A DNA stretch of 64,000 bases from Bacteroidales bacterium (GTDB taxonomy: Bacteria; Bacteroidota; Bacteroidia; Bacteroidales; UBA932): the NCBI GenBank assembly GCA_017625725.1, contig JAGAKH010000092.1, forward strand, positions 5,442-69,441, written 5' to 3'. A model generated the notes under the pieces. The model made no database searches. It was not told where the DNA came from and was given only the letters and a program-made list of their open reading frames with translations. Shown in pieces: positions 48,587 to 58,722 of this stretch (the first letter of the stretch is position 1; every line of letters starts with the position of its first letter). The position numbers and the translations under genes are program-made.

Positions 48587-49336
48587 TTACCAATTCTTGT
48601 CTTTCTGTCTGGACTTCAAAGCCGCAGCTTTTTCGCGATTCACCTTATCCTGTGTTTCCTTTTCCTTGGCCTGAATCGCCTGAAGCATCTGCTGTGCCGC
48701 CTGAGGGGTTATCTTCGGCTGCTGGTTCTGTCCCTGCTGATCCTGATTCCGGTTCTGATCCTGATTATCCTGATTGTTCTGATCATCGTTCTGATTCTGG
48801 TTCTCATTCTGATCCTGATCGTTCTGATTCTCATTCTGATCCTGGTTCTGGTCCTGCTGATCCTGATCATTTCCCTGATTCTGCTGGTTCTGCTGCTGAT
48901 TCTTCAACATCTCTCTGGCATAGATAAAGTTCTCCTTTGCGTTCAGGTCATCCGGTCTTCTGATAAGAGACTGGGCAAAAGCCTCGACAGCAGTCTGATA
49001 GTCCTGCTGAGCGAGAGCGACATCTCCAAGATTATAAAAATAATCAGCTGCCTGTGGTGTCATCGGTGCAGAATCCTTGATCCGATCCAGAGTCTTTCTG
49101 GCCTGCTCCATGTCCCCAAGTCTGAATAAGGACGAAGCAAGATTATAATTTGCCGCCACAGATGTTGAATCCTTGACAAGAGCCTTGAGGTAATCTATTT
49201 CGGCTTCCTTGTAATTCTCCTTTCTGAAATCCCTGTTGCCACGACGGACATCCTTCTTGTCCACCTGAGCCGACAAGTCGGCTGATGCTGCAAGAAGAAG
49301 CACTATAGAAGCATATATATATAATGAATGTCTCAT
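48587..49336 (-). CDS. batC: BatC (TPR protein with Q/N/D-rich linker)
   Basis: TPR motifs, low-complexity QDQN tract and C-terminal K.W. Confidence 0.88.
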   Translation of the reverse strand: MRHSLYIYASIVLLLAASADLSAQVDKKDVRRGNRDFRKENYKEAEIDYLKALVKDSTSVAANYNLASSLFRLGDMEQARKTLDRIKDSAPMTPQAADYFYNLGDVALAQQDYQTAVEAFAQSLIRRPDDLNAKENFIYAREMLKNQQQNQQNQGNDQDQQDQNQDQNENQNDQDQNENQNQNDDQNNQDNQDQNRNQDQQGQNQQPKITPQAAQQMLQAIQAKEKETQDKVNREKAAALKSRQKDKNW

Positions 49337-49356
49337 ATCTTCAATATCCTTTAATA

Positions 49357-50367
49357 TCAGTTGTCGCGTCTGAAAAGATGTTTTTTTGAACGACGGTCAC
49401 CGATGAGCATCTCAAGCACGAAGAAGAAGAGTGCGATCGCAAAGAAATACATGAACTGCTCGTCATATTCTTCAAATACGATGGAACTGTATTTCTCATC
49501 CTCAAGTTTCCTGATGTCATCGATTACAGGATTCAGACCGAACTCACTGTTTCCAGCCCTCACATACACACCGTTTCCTTCTGCCGCTACATCCTGAAGC
49601 ACTTTTTCATCCAGTCTGGTGACAACTATATTTCCTTCCTTATCCTTGAGAAGTTCTCCGTTCATAGGAATTGGTTTACCCTCTGGGGAGCCAACTCCGA
49701 TCGTATATACCCTTATTCCGGCTTCTGCCGCCAGTTTTGCTGCCTCAACCGGATCATCCTCATGATTCTCACCGTCGGTAATCACGATTATCGCCCTGCT
49801 CTTTTCACTCTGAGCACTGAAACTTCTCATCGCAGTGTTGATGGCATCACCGATAGCAGTTCCTTGAATCGGAACTGAATCAGTAGTAATAGAATTCAGG
49901 AACATCTTTGCCGAGACGTAGTCAGTGGTGATAGGAAGCTGTACGAACGAGTTTCCTGCAAAGACTATGAGTCCGATCCTGTCCTCACGCAATTTATCGA
50001 CAAGCCTGGATATAGCCAGTTTGGCACGTTCCAACCTGTTTGGCGAATAATCCTGTGCCAGCATCGAATTCGAGACATCAAGCACGATCATTATCTCCGC
50101 CCCCTTGGTTTCATGCGTCTTGAGCTTGGCACCGATCTGAGGTCTGGACAAGCCTATGACGAAAAAGAAAAATGCAAGAGAAAAGAATACAAGTCTGAGC
50201 CACACCTTGCTTCCGGAATACGAAGGCATCAGTTGTCTGACCAGTTTTTCATCACCGAATTTCCTGATACGCTTCCTTCTGATCTTCAAGATTATAGCCT
50301 GAACAAGAAAGAACACAGGTATAAGCAGCAGGAGAAGCAGATATTGTCCTTCAGCAAAATTTATCAT
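49357..50367 (-). CDS. batB: BatB vWA protein
   Basis: DVSNSM MIDAS motif, PNRLERAK and ITDGENHE. Confidence 0.9.
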   Translation of the reverse strand: MINFAEGQYLLLLLLIPVFFLVQAIILKIRRKRIRKFGDEKLVRQLMPSYSGSKVWLRLVFFSLAFFFFVIGLSRPQIGAKLKTHETKGAEIMIVLDVSNSMLAQDYSPNRLERAKLAISRLVDKLREDRIGLIVFAGNSFVQLPITTDYVSAKMFLNSITTDSVPIQGTAIGDAINTAMRSFSAQSEKSRAIIVITDGENHEDDPVEAAKLAAEAGIRVYTIGVGSPEGKPIPMNGELLKDKEGNIVVTRLDEKVLQDVAAEGNGVYVRAGNSEFGLNPVIDDIRKLEDEKYSSIVFEEYDEQFMYFFAIALFFFVLEMLIGDRRSKKHLFRRDN

Positions 50368-51350
50368 GGCAACCTCCTTATTACAAACCAGTTCAACATA
50401 AGTTCAAGAAGGAGAAGCAGCAAAGCCGCCAAGGCATATTTACCGAACAGTTCCCTATAGACAGGAAAGCTGTCAATAGTTGTGCGGGCCTTCTCCATCT
50501 TGTTGATCTCACTATAGATTTCCGCCAGCTTTGTGTTATCCGTAGCCCTGAAATACCTTCCGCCAGTGGCATCTGCAATATCAGACAGAAGTTTTTCATC
50601 TATCTCCACCTTGACATTCTGCACCTCAACTCCCCATGGGGTCATCACTGGATACGGAGCCATGCCATTTGCTCCCACTCCAATGGTATAAACCCTTATC
50701 CCATAAGTCTTTGCTATTTCGGCAGCCATCTGGGGCGAAATCTCTCCCCTGTTGTTCACACCATCCGTCAGAAGGATCACCACCCTGCTCTTCGCATCGG
50801 AATCCTTCATTCTTGCCACTGCAGTTGCAAGACCGTTTCCTATGGCGGTACCGTCTTCTATGAGATCTGTCTGCACCTCCTTCATCAGATTGATCAGTGT
50901 CGCCCTGTCAGTGGTCAAAGGGCACTGTGTAAAGCTTTCACCCGCAAACACCACAATTCCCATCCTGTCGGAAGGTCGCTGTGAGATAAACTCTATCGCG
51001 ATATCTTTCGAGGCACTGATGCGGTCCGGAGTAAAGTCACGTGCCAGCATACTGGTGGACACGTCCATTGCAAGCACTATATCAATACCTTCTGTATCAA
51101 TCTTTTCAATCTCCTCCGAAGACCTTGGACGTGCAATCGCGACAATTATAAGCGAAAGTGCAGCAATACGGCATAGAAACGGAAGATGCCTGAGAACATT
51201 CATCAGACCGGTTCCACGTACCATCCAAGGCACTGAAGTGGAAACCCTCAGATGAGGATGCCTTTCCTTCAGTTCCAGATAGATGTAATGCAGTACCATC
51301 AGGAACGGTACTGCCAACAGCCATAAAAGTTTTGGATATTCAAAAAACAT
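50364..51350 (-). CDS. batA: BatA vWA protein
   Basis: DVSTSM, TQCPLTTD, LLTDGVNN and TGGRYFRAT motifs. Confidence 0.92.
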   Translation of the reverse strand: MFFEYPKLLWLLAVPFLMVLHYIYLELKERHPHLRVSTSVPWMVRGTGLMNVLRHLPFLCRIAALSLIIVAIARPRSSEEIEKIDTEGIDIVLAMDVSTSMLARDFTPDRISASKDIAIEFISQRPSDRMGIVVFAGESFTQCPLTTDRATLINLMKEVQTDLIEDGTAIGNGLATAVARMKDSDAKSRVVILLTDGVNNRGEISPQMAAEIAKTYGIRVYTIGVGANGMAPYPVMTPWGVEVQNVKVEIDEKLLSDIADATGGRYFRATDNTKLAEIYSEINKMEKARTTIDSFPVYRELFGKYALAALLLLLLELMLNWFVIRRLP

Positions 51351-51367
51351 CTTTTACTCTCCTGTCT

Positions 51368-52417
51368 TTAACTATTCACTTCCTGCTCTTTGGCAGCTGA
51401 AGCTGCATCCTCTTCAACTTCAGCCTGATATGTAGAAGTGACAAAACGCACAGCAACCGGAAGAACAGAAGCATTGTCTTCATCAGATGCATAATATTTT
51501 GCAAACTTCACGAAATCGGCCCTCTCAAAAAGTTCCCTCACCTCGTCAAGAAGTTCCTTCGGAGCATCTGTCTTCTTCATATCATCGAAGATTTCAGAAG
51601 TCGTCATCTCCATCGCACCTACTCCATATCTTTCGGACATATACTCTCTCAGGGCATCTGTCACTCCCGTATAGAATCCTTTCTGTTTCTCCGGCACCCA
51701 AAGTTTGTTGTCACGATAACGGTCAAGCTTTCTGAGAGCTACTATATGAGGTGGATCCCTGCGTACATTCTCCCCTGAAGCCTTTCCCCTGCGGATAATC
51801 AGAAGACACACAAGGATGGTGACAAGGAGGACGGAAAGCCATCCACCCAATATCCATGGCATCACCTCATCATAAGTCAGAGGATATCTGATCTGCTCCT
51901 TTATGTCATGTGGTACGAAGGTCGCCGTATCGACCGGCATGGTCTTGACCTCAAGAGCCATCGGTTCAAAGACAAGAGTGTCCAGAACTCCATCTGACGA
52001 GAGTCTCTGCAAGGCTATCTGAGGCAATTTATATGATCCTTCCTGAAATGTTGTAAGAAGAAGACTTCCTCTTATATCATATTTCCGCGGGTTTCCCTTC
52101 TTCTCCTTGCTGACATTCAAGGTATCGAGAATCCAAGGAGACAGCGACATTATCGGATTGTCCTTGTCGTTCTGCCATTCAGGACAGACAAGTCTTGTTC
52201 CCTCTCCGACATGCTTCAATTCAAAGCCATAGAGAAACTGATCGGCAATCAGCACCGAATCCCTCTCCTGGAGCGGTCTAACGAAGGCTCCGTTCACCGG
52301 TATAACCTTGCCGGACCGGACCGAAACGGTATCAGTAACAGGTTCAGTCAGATGCTCTTGAGCACTCAGGCCCAAGGGTAGTAGAAGACATAGAATATAT
52401 TTTAATGCCTTGTGCAT
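51368..52417 (-). CDS. Conserved Bat-operon membrane protein
   Basis: Signal peptide, single TM, PPH.VAL..L, EMTTSEI and ADFVKFAK; lies between DUF58 and batA. Confidence 0.75.
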   Translation of the reverse strand: MHKALKYILCLLLPLGLSAQEHLTEPVTDTVSVRSGKVIPVNGAFVRPLQERDSVLIADQFLYGFELKHVGEGTRLVCPEWQNDKDNPIMSLSPWILDTLNVSKEKKGNPRKYDIRGSLLLTTFQEGSYKLPQIALQRLSSDGVLDTLVFEPMALEVKTMPVDTATFVPHDIKEQIRYPLTYDEVMPWILGGWLSVLLVTILVCLLIIRRGKASGENVRRDPPHIVALRKLDRYRDNKLWVPEKQKGFYTGVTDALREYMSERYGVGAMEMTTSEIFDDMKKTDAPKELLDEVRELFERADFVKFAKYYASDEDNASVLPVAVRFVTSTYQAEVEEDAASAAKEQEVNS

Positions 52418-52421
52418 AGCA

Positions 52422-53315
52422 TCATCTGTTTTTAAACAAGGTCATGAGGCTGCGGACATAATCCGAATCGACAGCAACACTGACCTTATCAACATTATAC
52501 TTCATGAAAAGACGTGAAGAGGACTGTCCCACAGCATCGAACCAGGCCTCATAAGCCTTCCTCATCCTTCTGTCTGAGGTATTCACCCATGCCGCCTTAC
52601 CGGTCTCTGAATCCTTGATATGAACCAGACCAATGTCAGGAATGCTTCTTTCCCTTGGATCGTAGACTTCTATCACAGACAGATCGTGTCTGTTTACAGC
52701 TACTTTCAGAGCCTCTTCATACCTTGGACTGCCGTCTTCAGCGACATCAAGCATATCCGACAGAAGGAATGCCGTGCATTTCTTCTTTATTGCATTGGTA
52801 AGATAGCGGAGTGCCTCAGAGATGTCAGTACCGTCAGTCGTCGGCTGGAACTCGATTATCTCTCGGATGATGTGCAGCAGATGGCTGCGTCCCTTCTTGG
52901 GCGGAATGAACTTTTCCACCTTTTCACTGAAGAAAAGGGCACCGACCTTGTCATTATTGATTATTGCGGAGAACGACAGGACAGCAGCGATTTCCGCTAT
53001 CATATCCCTCTTGTTCATCCCTGAAGTTCCGAACAGTCTTGAACGGCTGACGTCAACAAGAAGCACCACCGTAAGTTCCCTCTCCTCTTCAAAGACCTTG
53101 ACATACGGTGAACGGAGACGTGCCGTAACATTCCAGTCCATGTTACGTACATCATCTCCGTACTGATACTCCCTAACCTCACTGAAAGCCATACCACGGC
53201 CCTTGAAGGCCGAATGATACTCTCCAGCAAAGATCTGATGAGAGAGAGCACGGGTCTTTATCTCAATCTTTCTGACCTTCTTGAGAAGGTCGTTTGCCGA
53301 TAAATTATTGTCCAT
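52422..53315 (-). CDS. DUF58 family protein
   Basis: GEYHSAFKGRGMAFSEVREYQYGDDVR..DWNVTAR motif. Confidence 0.92.
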   Translation of the reverse strand: MDNNLSANDLLKKVRKIEIKTRALSHQIFAGEYHSAFKGRGMAFSEVREYQYGDDVRNMDWNVTARLRSPYVKVFEEERELTVVLLVDVSRSRLFGTSGMNKRDMIAEIAAVLSFSAIINNDKVGALFFSEKVEKFIPPKKGRSHLLHIIREIIEFQPTTDGTDISEALRYLTNAIKKKCTAFLLSDMLDVAEDGSPRYEEALKVAVNRHDLSVIEVYDPRERSIPDIGLVHIKDSETGKAAWVNTSDRRMRKAYEAWFDAVGQSSSRLFMKYNVDKVSVAVDSDYVRSLMTLFKNR

Positions 53316-53327
53316 ACTTATTGTTAA

Positions 53328-53453
53328 AGATGTCTCGACTCACTCCGTCCGCCCGACATGACAGTCTGAATCATCGTCCCGACTGAGCAACCCTTGTCAT
53401 TTCGACTGAGCTGGCCTTGTCATTTCGACTGAGCGAAGCGAATGGAGAAATCT
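53328..53453. repeat. REP/MITE-like element with an internal 23-bp tandem triplication
   Basis: Termini AGATGTCTC...GAGAAATCT; CGACTGAGC at 53380, 53403 and 53426. Confidence 0.78.
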
Positions 53454-53454
53454 A

Positions 53455-54447
53455 CTAAGGAACTTCTACTGCATTGATGATTTCGTTGATGATCTGGTCG
53501 GTAGTCATGTTCTCTGCCTCTGCCTCATAGGTAAGACCGATACGGTGACGGAGAACCTCATGACATACGGCTCTCACATCCTCCGGAATCACATATCCTC
53601 TTCTCTTGATGAATGCGTAGGCCTTCGAAGCCATTGCAAGCGAGATGCTGGCACGAGGCGAAGCACCATACGAGATGAAATTGGCTATCTGGCCAAGATT
53701 GTAGTCCTGAGGTGTACGTGTAGCATACACGATGTCCACGATATATCTTTCGATCTTCTCATCCATATAGACATCCTTCACGACCTCCCTCGCCCTCACG
53801 ATATCTTCAGGTTTGAGAACAGGGTTGGCCTTAGGGAATTCGCCGCTGTTGTTCATGCGGATGATCTGACGTTCTTCTTCCTTCTTCGGATATGTCACGA
53901 CAACCTTGAGCATGAAACGGTCAAGCTGCGCCTCCGGGAGAGGGTAGGTTCCTTCCTGTTCGATAGGGTTCTGTGTCGCCATCACCAGGAAAGGCTCCGG
54001 GAGCTTGAAAGTCTCCTCACCGATTGTGACCTGACGTTCCTGCATCGCCTCAAGAAGAGCTGACTGCACCTTTGCTGGAGAACGGTTGATCTCATCGGCA
54101 AGCACGAAATTAGCGAAAACCGGACCTTTCTTTATCTGAAACTGTTCCGTCTTCTGAGAGTAGATCAGAGTACCGAGAACATCAGCTGGAAGAAGATCCG
54201 GAGTAAACTGAATGCGGCTGAACTTTGAGTCCACAGCCTGGGACAACGTATTAATAGCCAACGTTTTGGCCAAACCAGGAACACCTTCAAGAAGAATGTG
54301 TCCATTGGCAAGCAGGCCTATGAGAAGATTCTCCACAAGATGCTTCTGTCCAACTATGACCTTATTCATCTCCATGGTCAGGATGTCGACAAAAGAACTC
54401 TCCCTCTGGATTCGGTCATTCAATTCTTTTATGTTTATGCTCTCCAT
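53455..54447 (-). CDS. moxR: MoxR-family AAA+ ATPase
   Basis: EGVPGLAKT, RIQFTPDLLPAD, DEINR and EAQLDRF motifs. Confidence 0.95.
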   Translation of the reverse strand: MESINIKELNDRIQRESSFVDILTMEMNKVIVGQKHLVENLLIGLLANGHILLEGVPGLAKTLAINTLSQAVDSKFSRIQFTPDLLPADVLGTLIYSQKTEQFQIKKGPVFANFVLADEINRSPAKVQSALLEAMQERQVTIGEETFKLPEPFLVMATQNPIEQEGTYPLPEAQLDRFMLKVVVTYPKKEEERQIIRMNNSGEFPKANPVLKPEDIVRAREVVKDVYMDEKIERYIVDIVYATRTPQDYNLGQIANFISYGASPRASISLAMASKAYAFIKRRGYVIPEDVRAVCHEVLRHRIGLTYEAEAENMTTDQIINEIINAVEVP

Positions 54448-54511
54448 AAATATGATTTTTGATATTTTTGCATTTTATTTCAAACCGACAAATATACTCA
54501 ATAATTCCGAT

Positions 54512-55300
54512 ATGCGATACAGCATCAGACTTTCATACGACGGCAGTGCATTCTGCGGATGGCAGATACAGAACAACGCCAGGACAGTTCAGGGAGAACT
54601 GGAAAAAGCCTTGTCCACACTGCTGGGTGAAGCCATTTCCGTAACGGGTGCCGGACGCACCGACAGCGAAGTGAATGCGATAAACTACATTGCCCACTTC
54701 GAAACGACCGATGCAATCAGCATGGAATCAGGAAAACTTTGCTACAAATTAAATGCCATGCTTGCACATGAAATCAGCATCCATGAAATTTCCGAAGTTT
54801 CTGATGAATTCCACGCAAGATTCGACGCCAGATCACGGGAGTATCACTACTTCATCCATTTCAGAAAGGACCCGTTCTGTGAAAGATTTTCATATAGGAT
54901 GAGATACCCTCTTGACATCGATGCCATGAACAAAGGGGCCGCCCTGCTGCTCGGAAAGCACGATTTCAGCTGTTTCGAAAAGGTCGGCGGCAACAACGCG
55001 ACATCCATCTGCACCATAACGGAAGCATTCTGGAGCCCTTATATTCCGGCACATGCATCAATGATGGGTTTCCCCGTCAATGACGGCGAATACATCGTCT
55101 TCCGCATCAAAGCGGACCGGTTTCTCAGGAACATGGTAAGAGCTATTGTGGGCTCCCTTATTGAAATCGGAAGAGGAAAAAAGGACCCTTCATGGATCTC
55201 TGAACTCATAGCTTCCGGCAGCCGTTCCGATGCAGGCCAGTCCGTTCCGGGAAAGGCTTTATTCTTTACGGGTGCCGAATACAGCAATGCCGAAAGATAA
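54512..55300 (+). CDS. truA: tRNA pseudouridine(38-40) synthase
   Basis: YDGSAFCGWQ, GAGRTD, FHARFDA and FLRNMVRAIVG motifs; start trimmed to ATG 54512. Confidence 0.94.
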   Translation: MRYSIRLSYDGSAFCGWQIQNNARTVQGELEKALSTLLGEAISVTGAGRTDSEVNAINYIAHFETTDAISMESGKLCYKLNAMLAHEISIHEISEVSDEFHARFDARSREYHYFIHFRKDPFCERFSYRMRYPLDIDAMNKGAALLLGKHDFSCFEKVGGNNATSICTITEAFWSPYIPAHASMMGFPVNDGEYIVFRIKADRFLRNMVRAIVGSLIEIGRGKKDPSWISELIASGSRSDAGQSVPGKALFFTGAEYSNAER

Positions 55301-55363
55301 ATTTTATAATTCGGCATTTTTTAACTACTTTTGCATGATTATGCGCTTTAAATAAAAACAACT

Positions 55364-56056
55364 ATGCTTTTCAATCTTTTACAGGCAGATACTGCCGCAC
55401 TTGCAGAGACTGTAGCGACACAGCAGGAGGTAAGACTGTCGCTGATCGACATGGCGTCAAAAGGAGGATGGCTGATGATCGTCCTTCTTATTCTTTCGAT
55501 TATGGCCATCTATATCTTCGGCAGCAAATGGTGGATGATACGCAAGGCCGGAAACATCGACAAGAACTTCATGAATGACATCCATGACCTGATCCACGAC
55601 GGAAAGATCAAGTCGGCGATCGACCTTTGCCAGAGATATGATTCTCCTATCGCAAGACTGGTGGAGAAAGGTATTGAAAGAATCGGTAGGCCGCTGCAGG
55701 ATATCCAGACTGCGGTTGAAAACATGGGTAATGTGGAAGTTGCCAGACTCGAGAAGGGACTCCCTATGCTTGCAACCATTTCCGGAGGTGCACCTATGAT
55801 CGGATTCCTCGGAACCGTTACCGGTATGATCGAGGCATTCTTCAGGATGTCCACAGCCGGCAACAACATCGACATAACCCTTCTTTCCGGAGGTATATAT
55901 GAAGCGATGGTTACAACGGTAGGCGGTCTTTTTGTAGGTATCATAGCATATTTCGGATACAACTTCCTGACATCACAGATTTCGAATCTCGTGTTCAAGA
56001 TGGAAAACACTACCATCGAATTCATCGACATGCTCCATGAGCCGTCTGACAAATAA
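55364..56056 (+). CDS. exbB: MotA/TolQ/ExbB proton channel protein
   Basis: APMIGFLGTVTGM and GIYEAMVTTVGGL motifs; TACTTTTG at 55326-55333. Confidence 0.88.
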   Translation: MLFNLLQADTAALAETVATQQEVRLSLIDMASKGGWLMIVLLILSIMAIYIFGSKWWMIRKAGNIDKNFMNDIHDLIHDGKIKSAIDLCQRYDSPIARLVEKGIERIGRPLQDIQTAVENMGNVEVARLEKGLPMLATISGGAPMIGFLGTVTGMIEAFFRMSTAGNNIDITLLSGGIYEAMVTTVGGLFVGIIAYFGYNFLTSQISNLVFKMENTTIEFIDMLHEPSDK

Positions 56057-56067
56057 TCACAAAGGAA

Positions 56068-56481
56068 ATGGCTATCAAAAGAACAACAAAGGTTGATTCA
56101 GCGTTCTCGATGTCCTCAATGACGGACATCGTGTTCCTGCTTCTGATCTTCTTTCTGGTGACATCGACACTGATCAATCCCAATGCATTGAAGCTTCTGC
56201 TGCCTAAGAGCACAGGACAGGTGTCGGCAAAGGCTACTGTAAGCGTATCGATAAAGCATTGGCAGGACAAGGACAATTTCACCTTCCATATCAACGGCGA
56301 GGAGAAGCCTTTGAGATTCGACAGGATAGAGGACGAACTCATCGAACTTCTGCAGACTGAAGATGATCCGACATTCTCTATCTATGCAGATGAGACAGTG
56401 CCTATCAGGGAAGTCGTGAAGGTAATGAACATTGCAAAGAGAAATCACTACAAGGTCATAATGGCCACATCACCGGAATAA
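56068..56481 (+). CDS. exbD: ExbD/TolR protein
   Basis: MTDIVFLLLIFFLV, LPKS and AD..V motifs. Confidence 0.88.
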   Translation: MAIKRTTKVDSAFSMSSMTDIVFLLLIFFLVTSTLINPNALKLLLPKSTGQVSAKATVSVSIKHWQDKDNFTFHINGEEKPLRFDRIEDELIELLQTEDDPTFSIYADETVPIREVVKVMNIAKRNHYKVIMATSPE

Positions 56482-56501
56482 AAGACAATACAAGACAGAG
56501 T

Positions 56502-57293
56502 ATGGCCGACCAGCGATACATACGGGAAAGACAGAGACAGGAAAAGAATTCAAGGACGACGGGAGCCGTCCTTACCGTGTCTCTGCACATAGCCCTGCTG
56601 GGAGGTTTCGCCATGACCGGTTTCACCTATCTGGATCCCCCGCCTCCTGAAAAGGAGCAGATTCTGATAGAGTTTGAAGAGCCGGAAATCAGAAAGCCTA
56701 AACAGACATGGAAAGGTGCACAGCCTCAGGTTGCTCAGCCAAGACCTCAGGACCCTATAAATCTGGTTCAGAAATCAGAGGCACAATACGAAGGGACAAA
56801 GACCAATGAGGCTCCGGAAGCTACTGTAGACGATTTCGGCGATGTTGACGTTAAGGAACCGCCACGCGAGAAGGAAATAAACAGAAGGGCACTTTTCAGT
56901 GCGGCAAACAATAAGACAGAAAAGGACACACTGGCAGCACAGACTGCTGCAAAAGTGTCGGATGCATTGAAGGAAGGACATGCATTGGGCAATCAGACAA
57001 ATGGAGAATCGTCTGGAGAACCTAACGCAAGACTTACAGGTCGAAAGGTTGTCGGATCTCTGCCTCGTCCTTCGTACGGAACACAGGCTGCGGGTAAGGT
57101 TGTTGTGGAGATATGGGTGGACAATTACGGAAACGTACAGAAGGCAACAGCAGGTGCGGAAGGCACGAATGTAACAGACAAGACCCTTTGGCAGGCTGCA
57201 AGGAAAGCCGCATTGGGAGCACACTTCAACATGAGTGCGGATGCTCCGCCACTACAGAAGGGAACAATTACATATGTATTCAAACTGAACTAA
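56502..57293 (+). CDS. TonB-like energy transducer
   Basis: N-terminal TM with His, Pro-rich linker and C-terminal GKVVVEIWVD..G.V...GTITYVF. Confidence 0.8.
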   Translation: MADQRYIRERQRQEKNSRTTGAVLTVSLHIALLGGFAMTGFTYLDPPPPEKEQILIEFEEPEIRKPKQTWKGAQPQVAQPRPQDPINLVQKSEAQYEGTKTNEAPEATVDDFGDVDVKEPPREKEINRRALFSAANNKTEKDTLAAQTAAKVSDALKEGHALGNQTNGESSGEPNARLTGRKVVGSLPRPSYGTQAAGKVVVEIWVDNYGNVQKATAGAEGTNVTDKTLWQAARKAALGAHFNMSADAPPLQKGTITYVFKLN

Positions 57294-57337
57294 ACTTTAT
57301 TAATCATAATTTTTAAGTGCCGGGAAGGCGAAATAAA

Positions 57338-58714
57338 ATGGAAGATAACAGAAGAGGCGGCAATGGCCGCAGAACAGAAGGCCGTAGGGATTATGGCCAG
57401 AGAAGTTTCTCGGGAGAGAAAAAATCATTCGGTAACAGAGAGAGAAGGTCATTCGGCGGAGACAGACCACGCAGATCATTCTCTGACAGCGAAGAAAAGA
57501 GACCGTTCTCAGGAGAAAGAAGATCTTTCTCAGGTGAGAGAAGATCTTTCTCCGGCGAGAGAAGAGGTTTCTCTGATGAAAGAAGGTCATTCGGTGGGGA
57601 CAGACCGCGCAGACCATTCTCTGACAGCGAAGAGAAGAGACCGTTCTCAGGAGAAAGAAGACCTTTCTCCGGCGAGAGAAAAGGTTTCTCTGATGAAAGA
57701 AGGTCATTCGGTGGCAGCAGACCACGCAGATCATTCTCTGACAGCGAAGAGAAGAGGACATTTTCAGGAGAAAGAAGGTCATTCTCAGGTGAAAGAAAAT
57801 CTTTCTCAGGCGAAAGAAGAGGTTTTGGAGGAAAACCGGCATTCAGGAACTCCGGAAAGAAGAGTTTCTATGGAAGCAAGGACCTCAATTATTTCCGCAA
57901 TGAAGAAGAAAGCGGCATCAACAGGATGATAAACCGCAGACCTCAGCTCGACAACGACAATTACTCTGACAACGACATGATCAACATCCCTGTAAAGGAG
58001 GAGATCAGACTTAATAAATTCATAGCAAACTCTGGAGTCTGCTCAAGAAGAGAAGCAGACAATTTCATTCTTGCCGGAGTCGTTACTGTAAACGGTGAGG
58101 TGATCACAGAACTTGGCACCAAGGTAAACATCAACACCGACGACATCAGATTCAACGGCGAAAGACTCAAAGGCGAAAGCAAGGTCTACATCGTGATGAA
58201 CAAGCCTAAGGGTTATGTAACTACGGCAAGCGACCCTCATGCAGACAAGACAGTGATGGATCTTCTCAAGGGATGTCCGTCAAGAGTATTCCCTGTGGGA
58301 AGACTTGACAAGAACACCACAGGAGTCCTCATGTTCACAAATGACGGAGAAATCGCAGAGAAGCTGACACACCCTTCATACGACAAGAAGAAGATCTACC
58401 AGGTATCTCTCGACGGCAAGCTCAAGAAGGATGATTTCGACAAGATCGTGAGCGGAGTCGAACTCAATGACGGCCTGATTGCAGCAGACGCACTCGAATA
58501 TATCGAGGAGGACGACCACCGCAAGCTCGGAATCGAGATCCACTCCGGAAAGAACCGTATCGTAAGAAGGATTTTCGAATCACTCGGATACGAAGTAAAG
58601 GCCCTTGACAGAGTGTATTTCGCAGGACTTACAAAGAAGGGACTGAAGAGAGGAGAGTGGAGATATCTTTCAGAAGGTGAAGTGAACCTTCTCAAAATGG
58701 GAGCATACCTTTAA
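57338..58714 (+). CDS. RsuA/RluB-family rRNA pseudouridine synthase with a long repetitive N-terminal extension
   Basis: S4 domain RLNKFIANSGVCSRREAD, NKPKG and VGRLDKNTTG; ATG at 57338 preferred. Confidence 0.9.
   Translation: MEDNRRGGNGRRTEGRRDYGQRSFSGEKKSFGNRERRSFGGDRPRRSFSDSEEKRPFSGERRSFSGERRSFSGERRGFSDERRSFGGDRPRRPFSDSEEKRPFSGERRPFSGERKGFSDERRSFGGSRPRRSFSDSEEKRTFSGERRSFSGERKSFSGERRGFGGKPAFRNSGKKSFYGSKDLNYFRNEEESGINRMINRRPQLDNDNYSDNDMINIPVKEEIRLNKFIANSGVCSRREADNFILAGVVTVNGEVITELGTKVNINTDDIRFNGERLKGESKVYIVMNKPKGYVTTASDPHADKTVMDLLKGCPSRVFPVGRLDKNTTGVLMFTNDGEIAEKLTHPSYDKKKIYQVSLDGKLKKDDFDKIVSGVELNDGLIAADALEYIEEDDHRKLGIEIHSGKNRIVRRIFESLGYEVKALDRVYFAGLTKKGLKRGEWRYLSEGEVNLLKMGAYL
57400..57830 (+). 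repeat. Coding nested repeat: 21-nt FSGERR(S/P/G) units within 138/117-nt higher-order units
   Basis: AGAAGGTCATTCGG at 57443, 57581 and 57698. Confidence 0.85.
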
Positions 58715-58722
58715 TATATAAT

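Noticed and set aside
48720-48900. Q/N/D microsatellite-like tract as a novel repeat
   Set aside because: This is the ordinary low-complexity linker of BatC.
54212-54511. N-terminal extension of TruA in the ORF track
   Set aside because: It is antisense to moxR; the TruA motifs begin at ATG 54512.
57300-57929. Alternative-frame repetitive ORFs (180 aa, 188 aa)
   Set aside because: They are open only because the 21-nt repeat lacks stops in those frames.
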